Made by a program: the position numbers and the translations under genes. Shown here in pieces: positions 11,713 through 20,516 of a DNA stretch of 64,000 nucleotides. This DNA is from Macrostomum lignano (lineage: Eukaryota): NCBI GenBank assembly GCA_002269645.1, contig NIVC01001052.1, positions 124,001-188,000 on the forward strand. The letters are read 5' to 3'. Below the pieces are notes generated by a model. That model worked only from the letters and a program-made list of their open reading frames with translations. It made no database searches and was not told where the DNA came from. Numbering within the stretch: the first letter of the stretch is position 1; each line of letters starts with the position of its first letter.

Positions 11713-14700
11713 TCACTCCCGAAAGCCATACGGGCGGCTAGCAGCCCCATACACCCTCTTAGTCATTACGCGCTGGAAAGTCTTGTCCATCTCGAGGGTC
11801 CGGATTGTACAGCTAGCCTTATCGCGCCTGAACTGGGCCTGGGGCAGGCGTACAGTCCCGCCGTGACGCAGAATTTCCTGCAGCTCGTCCTCGCGCTCGG
11901 AAATCTCGGGGGTGACTCTGATGCCCTTGCACTTGAGCACCGAGTACAGTGACCCGTCGGGCTTCTCCACTAAGTACCGGTAGAGCTTGGGGCCTCCCGT
12001 GGTGAACTGTACCATGCGGCAGCCAGCAGGTACCTCGTCAGTCCACTGCCCCAAACTCGAACCGCCCGGAGGCTCGTACTCGCCCGGTGAGCAGCGGTAT
12101 ACAACCCTGGGAGGAGGAGGAGAATAAAGTGTTAAGGGGAGAAAGAGAGACAGAGACGGTTGAAAAAATTACTCACGAATCAGTATCGGCGTAAATGACT
12201 CGGGTTCCTAGGCCCTCCAGAGCCTCGTAGAGTCGCAGCCGGGCGTGGGAGGTGGTGAAAACGCCAATAGGCACATTAGCGTACTTAAACGCCCGCTCGC
12301 CAGCACCGCCAAATCGGGGCTTGTACTCGAGCATCATGAAGCTCTGCCCAATTGGCTCGCACGACTTGACCTTGATCGAGGGTCGGTCAGGCGCTGCAGC
12401 CACGCCTCGTAGCTGTCCACAATCTCTGTGGAGGTCAGGTCGTCGCGCTGGCAGAATTTGCCCCAGAGCCTGCAGGGAAAAATAAATTTTTTTTGTAAGT
12501 AGAAAAACACGGCCCCCACTGCAAGTAGAAAAACTTACGAGTTTAGAAAAATCTTGGCCACAAAGCGCAAGCCAGGATTCTCCTCCACCTTTTCCAGCCG
12601 GACGCCCTCGCGCTCGAAAAAGCTGGCCATGTAGGCAGCCTTGGCGCCCTCAGTCATCCCTGGCGAACCGCTAGACTCGGCTTTGAGCTTTAAAAAAGTG
12701 TTTACATAATCTGCAAACAGACCCGTGCGAGTCTCGGTCCAATAGGCCAGGGCATGAACTGACTGCAGCTTGTAACCCAACTGCAGGGCCTTGTGGAGCT
12801 CTGGGGTCGACCACGTGCCGCGGAGCATTCTCTCAGCGTCAGTGTGTGTACACTCGCTGCTGCACTGGGTCTCCATGCAGACGCGGCAGAGGCCGAAAAC
12901 CAACTTCTTGTTAATCTTGGCGGGCAGTAGCGGGATGTGGAGATTGGTTGGCGGCAGAATCGACACCTCGGCGATGCCAAAATACCGGGCCAGCTGCAGC
13001 TCATCCAGTAGATGAGGCTCGGGGTGGTGTACCGGGTGCCCGACCGGGTACTTGTCAAACTTGTTGACAGTCGGGTAGAGCGACACCTAGGGGATAAGGA
13101 TAAGATAAACTCAAACGCATGTCAACTGTGTGTGTACAAGTGTACAAACTTACCACATCCCGATAGCGCAGCTCTACAGTCTCGGTGGCCTCGGCGTGCG
13201 GGACAAAAGCCTCGGTACGGCCGCCAAACAGGGCTTCCTCCAGGCGAATAGGCTGCTGGACTGGCGCTCCCTCGTCCTGATAGTCGTGCTCCCACAGAAC
13301 ACGCACATTGTATGCAGTGGAGAGCAGCCGGGTGAAGCGCTCGGTCTCTTCATAAATTGCCCGCATTGGCTGGTTCTTGAGCGGGTGCAGCACGTCGCCG
13401 TTGGGGAAGCACTTGGGACAGCCATGGAAGAAACAGCCATGAAACTGCAGCACTGTCCTGGTCTCTGGGTCGAAGCCGTCGACCTTACGGCCCATGGCGA
13501 AAGCCTCGCCGCCAGAATCGGCTGTCCGCAACCGGCCGCCAAACTCGGTTGCATTTAAATGTGCCAGCCAGCACCGCGCCTTGTGCGACTGTACATCGGA
13601 CCGGCGGGAAATCACCCCAAGAGTGTTGGGCTCCATAAACTTGGTGATGAATACCGACATGGCCAAGCCCGCAATGGTGTTGGATTGAACAAATGCGTCC
13701 AGTCCGCAAATGTCCTTAATCAGGCGGGCATATTTCAGGCAGCCTTCCCGCAAAATTAACGTGTCCTGCAGGCAATAGTCCAGGTACGCCTTATTAAAAT
13801 TAAACACCTGTCCCTCCTGCTTGGCCAGCCAGTCGGCGATGGAGTCATGCTGCTTATTCTTCTTCCCGCCGTACATATCAATTGAGCAGTAGGGACCGAC
13901 GTACCCCCAATTTTGAGGCTGATTGAAGACGTGCGGGAAATCTCCTTTGGTCAGTTGGGTGCCCAAACCAAGCGCCTTTGGGAATTGCGCCAGACCAATA
14001 GGGATGAAATTGAGGCTGTCCTTGAAGGTGATCTTGTCGCACTTCATGTACATTAGGCGGCTGTTCTGGAAGATCACCTGCGGCTTCTTCTTGGCCAGTC
14101 CGTTGAGTAGGGCGCCGAGCAGGAGGAATGCGTCATACGCAGAGCCATTGTGCGCAATAGCAATTGCCCCCTGCTTGAACACACTAGTCAGCCAGCAGTA
14201 AAATGCATCGATAGAGTGCGGCCCGACAGATACAAACTCTCGCATCCCACAGGCACAGTCATTGTGCGAGACACAGCTCGTGAAATCCAGCGCCAGATTG
14301 CGTCCCGCAATGCAATTGGCTGAGCTGTGTAGTCCCCCGCACGCGCTGCAGCGGGGCCTGGGGAAGAGTTTGGGACACGCCTCGCAGGAGGTGGCAGCCG
14401 TAACCAAGTGTACCCGGTGCTGCTTGCCAGAGTCCAAGTACGTCTCGAAATCATAGTAAACATACGGGGCGCTAGACTCTTTGGCTTTGGCGGGGTGACA
14501 AAGCACTCGTGGGTGGCAGTTTCGTCGTACTGCTTGCAGACTGGGCACTTGGCATAACCACACTGATGCTCAGGGGGCTGGCCTACTTTTAGTTCTTCTA
14601 GATAGCCACACGTGCCGCAAACGTGGACCGAATCACAGCGCGATCTGCCGGCCTTATTCTTGCGCTTGTGATTTTCTAGGCACTGAGCATTATAGCAATT

Positions 14701-16796
14701 TAGCCCGCAATCATGGCATCTTACATATGCGCGGTTTGCCTTACAGTTGGAGCCCGGAGTCTTGCATGTACTGCAGGCATCAGCGCACTTGTGCTTGGCG
14801 GGTTCGCTATCATAGGCCATCTCGCACTTGGGGCAGTAGTGGTGGCTGCCGAAAAACGCAGGCAGCTTGGTAACCACATTAAAGTGCTGCTCGACCAGGT
14901 GTAGGTGCAGAATCTCGGTGCCAGGCAGGTTGAAGATGCACCTGTTGGCCTCCTCTGCGCGGTACACGCGTACACCAAAATCGCGCCCCGGATGCAGCCG
15001 GTTCAGGGCACGGATCGCTTCGGGCAGTGCATCCACGCCGAAAGGACCAGCCTGCGAGACGGTTTGAAGAGTCTGTGTGGAGGGTAAAATATTTCTTTTA
15101 GTATTCCTTATCGTAAAATTTCTTATCAGAAAATTTTAGTATTCCATGATACTGTGTAAAAATCTTATCAGAAAATATATCTTTTAGTACTCCATGATAC
15201 TGTGTAAAAATTCTTTTAGTATTCCTTATCGTAAAAATTCTTATCAGAAAATTTTAGTATTCCATGATACTGTGTAAAAATTCTTATCGGAAAAATACTA
15301 GAAACTTACCGAGTAGAGACCCGCTTCGATTTGTAGCTCAGCCACCAGCTTAGTCTGCGTGGGCGAATTGGCCTTGATTGTGTGCCACACCTGCTTGGTG
15401 ATGGACTTGGCCACGAATTGCAGGTAGGCGCAGGCCACGACCAGAGCGCGCAGCAGGCATCTCTTGTCCGAGTTGGTGATGCGGACATAGTGCCTGGAGA
15501 AGGCATGCCGCTCTTCTAGATGCTTGTTCTCGAGAGCACATCCACCTCGAGGCACCCAGGCCTTTAGCAGACGGACAGAAAAGTTGCCTGACAATACAGT
15601 GGCATCCGACTGCACAATCTTGTCAATGTGCTTAAACAACAATTCAGCCGTCATGCGGGCTGCACGCACCGGGGGAGTATGGGCTGCTTTGAGCATATTG
15701 TCGCTCTCGAATTTCGCAGCCATGAAATCATCGCCGGCCAAATCTTGCTTGAAAACTTCGAGCATGTCGGCAAACACCTCCCGCAAATCTTCGGTGTTGG
15801 TAATACGCACCACATACTCGACACCCTTTGCCCTAAACTTGGGCAGGTCACGCTGATTATCCAGCCGGGCCGTAAAACCTGCATGGGGGGAATGGGGGAG
15901 TGTGAGTCAGCGCGGGTCTGTGTGGGAAATGGGGGGCGGGATAACTCACCCGGTCCGGTAACAGATTCCGGCTGTGTTGGCGGGACAAACGCGTCTGAAA
16001 AAACACAAGGAGATAAAAAACCAGAAGAATCTGTCATTTTCCTGCCCCAGCGTGTTTCCCCGCCCTAGCCCCAGCAATTTCTTAACAGAGTTTACTCTGC
16101 TGTCCCCGCAGCAACTCTCTGCAATTTCTTATCTGCACCCCCGCTGCAGCCTGTCGCAGCAGTCTTTGTTTACTCACCCCTGCAACTCTCTGTCGCAGCA
16201 ATTTGCACCCCAGCTGCAGCCTGTCTGGGTAGCGCCCTATCTGCAGCCCCAGTCTGTCCCAGCAACTCTCTGCCCCCACCTGGCTGTAACTTGTCTAGCC
16301 TGCCCCAACGATTCTGCAGCAATTTCTTATCTGCCGCAGCACCCTAGCAACTGTCTGTTTTTGCAGCAATTTCTTATCAGCACACCCCTCCCTGTCTAGA
16401 CAACACCCCACCCCAGTCTTTGTTTACTCACCCCTGCAACTCTCTGTCGCAGCAATTTGCACCCCAGCTGCAGCCTGTCTGGACAACACCCCCCTAGCAG
16501 CAATTTCTTATCAGCACACACCCGGCTGAAACTTGTCTAGCCCTCCCCTGCAACTCTCTGTTACAGACCCTGCCGCAGCACCCCACCCTAGCAACTCCAG
16601 TCTAGACCCCTGCAGCTGTCGCAGCAGTCTTTGTTGTTTACTCTGCGGTCCCACAGACCCTGCAGCTGCTGCTGCTGCTCAGCCCCTACCCCCACCCTAG
16701 CAACTACAGTCTAGACAGAAATTAATTAAAACTTACCATAAAGACGTTGCCTCTTGTCAGCCAGAAAGCAGTTGCGGTGGCGCTGCGTTTAGCCAT
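11713..16796 (-). CDS. Protein-primed DNA polymerase B (Polinton type), 7 exons, ~1270 aa, with Cys/His-rich N-terminal region, exonuclease and Vsr-like insert
   Basis: Exons 16796-16737, 15994-15950, 15878-15310, 15051(or 15072)-13154, 13086-12539, 12469-12177 and 12106-11713, all GT-AG. Motifs: YYDFET, IAHNGSAYD, KDSLNF, KGDFPH, YCLQDT, FHGCFFHGC, YRDV|VSLYP, KIFLNS|LWGKF, YADTDS|VVY, GPKLY, KCKG. The model needs three restored single bases (~16766, ~14482, ~12380). The two 5'-most exons are the least certain. Confidence 0.88.
15090..15300. repeat. AT-rich minisatellite inside pPolB intron 3
   Basis: Repeated TTTTAGTA(T/C)TCCATGATACTGTGTAAAAA and TTCTTATC(A/G)(G/T)AAAA units between acceptor and donor. 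Confidence 0.8.
16060..16720. repeat. C-rich mosaic repeats filling pPolB intron 1
   Basis: Recurring GCAGCAATTT, CACCCC and GTCTAGAC motifs. The block CAGTCTTTGTTTACTCACCCCTGCAACTCTCTGTCGCAGCAATTTGCACCCCAGCTGCAGCCTGTCTGG is duplicated (~16160 and ~16414). Confidence 0.7.
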
Positions 16797-16864
16797 TTTG
16801 CAAACAGAGAGTGTGAGAGAGCGAGCGGAGAGAGAAGGATTATCTATCTACCCTGGCTCTGGGG

Positions 16865-16995
16865 GTCTGTATATATACTAAAAAATCTGCTCAGCTCGCC
16901 TGTTATTGGATAAATCGCCAAAAACCAACCAAAATCATCAAAAATCACCCCAAAATCACCACCCACCCCACCCTCCATCCGGGGGTATATAAGGC
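16865..16995. promoter_or_regulatory. Divergent promoter between pPolB (-) and PC4-like gene (+)
   Basis: GTATATATAC at ~16869-16878, about 75 nt before the pPolB ATG. ATTGG (CCAAT on minus) at ~16904. TATATAA at 16986-16992, about 50 nt before ATG 17042. Confidence 0.55.
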
Positions 16996-17041
16996 GCTGC
17001 ACGGCTGTTAGAGAGCTCTCTGCTGCTGCTGCTGCTAAATC

Positions 17042-17583
17042 ATGTCTTCTATCTCTCTATACGAAAACTTTGTGGCGCGGAAGCCCACATTTGAAACTGA
17101 ACACAACTTGATTGAAATTCGGCGTCTCTACACCAACGAGGCCGGAGTGTGGAAGGACGGCTTCCCTGCAATCTACTTGAGCGAGCCAGAGTGGAAGAAG
17201 CTCGACTGCTCGAAGCTGCGCGCCCTGACCTGGAGGCTGCTGCCCGCCTTCACGTGAACAAGCGGGTCCTGTTGGGCAATTTCAAGGCAGTTGAAGCTTC
17301 GCGAGGGAGGATCCGTTTGCTGCGCAATTGGCTCAATCAGGACCCAAAGTTTAATTGGCGCTACACGATCGAATTCACGCCTGAACTGTGGCGCAGGATG
17401 TTTGCCTCCCGTTTGGACAAGCTCTTCAAGCCGGCACCTGAGGCACCCCCTCCAGCCAAGCGAGTCAAGACAGACACGCCTCCGGTAGCAGGGACTGAGG
17501 TGGATGTTCTTCAGCTCGTGGGTCTCAAACCCTACCAATCTCCACCCTGGGAAAATCTGTTTAACGAGGGTTGGGACTGCTAG
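17042..17583 (+). CDS. PC4/Sub1-like ssDNA-binding protein, possibly two PC4-like repeats; -1 frameshift near 17205
   Basis: LIEIRRLYTNEAGVWKDGFPAIYLSEPEWKKL parallels the PC4 core (IDIREYY...G..KPG.KGISL..EQW..L). The overlapping ORF 17149-17583 contains RIRLLRNWLNQDPKFNWRYTIEFTPELWRRM. Confidence 0.55.
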
Positions 17584-17589
17584 TTTCCT

Positions 17590-17630
17590 ATTGGCTCACA
17601 CCGCCTCACTCGATCCGTCTATATAATTAG
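17590..17630 (+). promoter_or_regulatory. Inverted CCAAT and TATA box upstream of ORF 17698
   Basis: ATTGG at ~17590 and TATATAA at ~17620, about 75 nt upstream of the ATG. Confidence 0.45.
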
Positions 17631-17697
17631 TGTTTCCCCTCTCCAGAGAGTCAAACCCTATCTCAGCTCTAATACTTTACTCTCTGTTGATTCTAGC

Positions 17698-18710
17698 ATG
17701 TCCCGCCGAGCTCTATCCAACCTCTGGGATAATAATCGCCCGACTGAAGAGTTAACCAGCCTCGACGGGGATATCCCAGAACACATAGTTCCCCTAGGCA
17801 CTGAAAACAACGGAAGTGATAATTGGGAGGCTGATCAATATCTAGCTTGGGCTATGTCCTATGATAGCGACACCGAGTCTGAAGTTTTTGACCTCCCGCT
17901 GCTGGCTATCGGCGGGGTTGTGAACGGTGCCCCTGCTGCTACTGCCTCCGATTTGACTACCGCCTCAGCCGCCCTCTTTGACGTCTCTGTTGAGGAGCTG
18001 ACCACAACCGGCCCTGCCTCTGCTGCGCCCGTCTCTGCTGCTGCCGCCTCTACTACGCCCGTCTCTGCTGCTGCTTCAACTACCTCCCACCGGGCCTCAA
18101 TATCATCAGCCACTACGCTCCTTCTCTTCGACGACGACGAGGACGAGGATATGTCTGAGGAGATCGCCGTGGTTCGTGAGCGCTTTCCCGCATTGTGGCC
18201 TCATTTTTCCGCGGGGACATTGACTGGTTGAGGTCTCGCCACCCAGGCGGGCTGCCTTCCTAAGCCACCTTTGTCAGAGCCTTTAATCGGGTTCTTGATA
18301 CTTTGGTTGCGAGGGGTGCCGGCCTACGGGAGGTGCTGGAGGCTGAGACTCTGCACCAGGACTGGTTGATGGGGCGCAATTCGTATGCCCCCGACTCGGA
18401 GGCGTACCTGGCCGGTCCGGGAGCACGGCCAACTGCGTGGGATGAGCCCGCCGCATGGCCCTCCAACTGGGAGGAGCACCTTTCGTTGGTGCGCTATACA
18501 GCGTCTCTACGTCTGTGGCGGCTGGAGGACGATTTAGATTTGGTAAGATATTACATTATATACACAACTCATCTAATCATATACCTTGCATATATTCTAT
18601 CTACATTGACTGTTATAATTTCCACATTGCCAGTCATCCGACTACTGCTTCGAGAGCGTGGAGGAAGAGGCCGCGTACGAGACAGCCCTGAGGGAGCGTA
18701 TGGAGATTGA
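17698..18710 (+). CDS. Orphan element-encoded protein(s): acidic Ala/Thr-rich ORF plus downstream ORF with a hydrophobic segment
   Basis: ORF 17698-18231 has an ATG and upstream TATA. The -1 frame is open from 18264 to 18710. They may be one gene broken by a G-run indel near 18213 and a TAA at 18261. Confidence 0.45.
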
Positions 18711-19027
18711 CTGATAAGGGTATTTCTCTTTGTACGCGGTTTGGGGAACCCAACACTGTACACTGGGTAGGTTAGAATGGGCGCTAGCTGGGGGCCTCTA
18801 TGTGTGTATACACGGGGGTTAAAAGACCAATTCTGATAGCTCGCTCCTAGGGAGGAAATTGGCAGAGGGGCCGGCCCAAAAAACTGAAATGGGCTGGCCC
18901 CGGGCTCGAGTCCACCCACCTAAAATATGGAGGGTCATTACAACCTAATGACTCGAAATACTTTCAACGCAATTGTACCTATAAGAGGGTTAGGGCGGCG
19001 GCGGCGGTGGCGAAAACGGGCGGCTAA

Positions 19028-19919
19028 AACCTCCCTTTTGGGATTTCCCCGAACCGCTTTTGTTTAAAATTTTTATGCACCTGCGGGTTAGACAATATTT
19101 ACTCTTTAGTCGGTGTGACATTATTTACGCGTCTGTTGCACCTGGGCGTTTGCCTATAATCTGATTATACATGCGCACCTGCATTATACAACTACGCCTT
19201 ATGCATGCCTTGTAAACCCGCTTTATACATTAATCCGATATGTATCGAAAGTACACTTTGTAAACCTGCTGTGTGTGTGTATTTCCACCTATGTAGCGCC
19301 TACAGTACCTGCTTTGTCTATTTCTGCCCATGCACCTACATTGTGTGTTTTTGCTGCTCATATGCTCCAATATGTATTATGCGTCATTATTCACACCTAC
19401 CAATATGTTTTATCTACTTTTTATGTAAATATACGCAATTTCATCTACTATAAGTAGTTTTCACTAGCCTAATATCGTTGACTACATATCGGAAGAGTGG
19501 TAGAGTGTACATATCGGGAGAGTGGTAGAGTGTACCTTTGGCTCGGTAGAGTGTACACTCGGGGTGCCTGCGGCTCGGTAGAGTGTACACTCGGGTGCCT
19601 GCGGCTCGGTAGAGTGTACACTCGGGGTGCCTGCGGCATGGGCGCCTGCTGCATGGGCGCCTGCGGCTCGGGAGGGTGCGCTTGGGATCTGATTGATTTG
19701 GGATCTGATTGATTTGGGATCTGATTGATTTATTGGGATCTAATATCGGTAGGTGCGCCTGCGGCTGGGGAGGGTCGCCTGCGGCGCGCGCGCGCGCCGA
19801 GCGCCGATATCGATACGGGTATCGATCACCTAGTGATCGGGGCGCCAGCCAATGAGAGGCGAGGAGGGTTGACACCCACCTCACCTCCAAAATCAAGCCT
19901 TACGGGTTCATATAGTAGT
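19028..19919 (-). repeat. Right terminal inverted repeat (892 bp)
   Basis: Matches the left TIR except for sub-repeat copy number. Spurious ORFs 10921-11169 and 19205-19453 translate identically, showing near identity of the unique part. Confidence 0.95.
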
Positions 19920-20516
19920 GTTATCTATCTTATAAAAAGTGAAATGCCAATTTGGTAACTAGAATATAAATTAAAGATATCAAAATGTTAGTTTGATATG
20001 ATAAAGCATTTTATTTAGCCAGCATGTCCTTAATATTAACTAATGCAAGTAGTCTGTCATATGCATGACAGGCCTAGTGTGGTACTGTGATGTGCCATCA
20101 GCTCAGACTTAATTCCAGTCATATTAATTTTGGGGCCAAAAAATATTTCTTGACTTAAATCTGCTTGTACAACTAATGCCCTTAAAGGCCAACCCCAAGT
20201 CACAGTGAAGTTCACAATAAAGTTAGGGTCACTGTATACTCCCATTTGAGTGTGTGCCTATGTGAATGACTGCATATGTATCTGCGCACTTGTTTGTCTG
20301 CTCAAAGAAATCAGTGAAATGGTGCAGTAATGTCTCTTGCTGGTTGTATCACAATGTCGCTTAAAGTGCACTAGGGTGCTGGGTGCACAAAGTCCCATGC
20401 CAATAAAGAATTTATCTCTGTAATGTATACTTTTTATTTAATCAATGATGAACTACCAATGAACAAAATTGTTGATTCCTGCTAAAAGAATCCCATTCAG
20501 CAAAGCAAGCTCAATC

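Larger units (their letters stand above)
10478..19919. mobile_element. Polinton/Maverick-derived element (9442 bp) encoding pPolB but lacking integrase and virion genes
   Basis: Long TIRs, 5'-ACTACT...AGTAGT-3' ends, 6-bp TSD GTTATC (10472-10477 and 19920-19925), and a protein-primed family B polymerase gene. Confidence 0.92.

Noticed and set aside
13130-14456. Plus-strand and alternative-frame ORFs over pPolB
   Set aside because: They are shadow ORFs of a GC-rich coding region, with no motifs.
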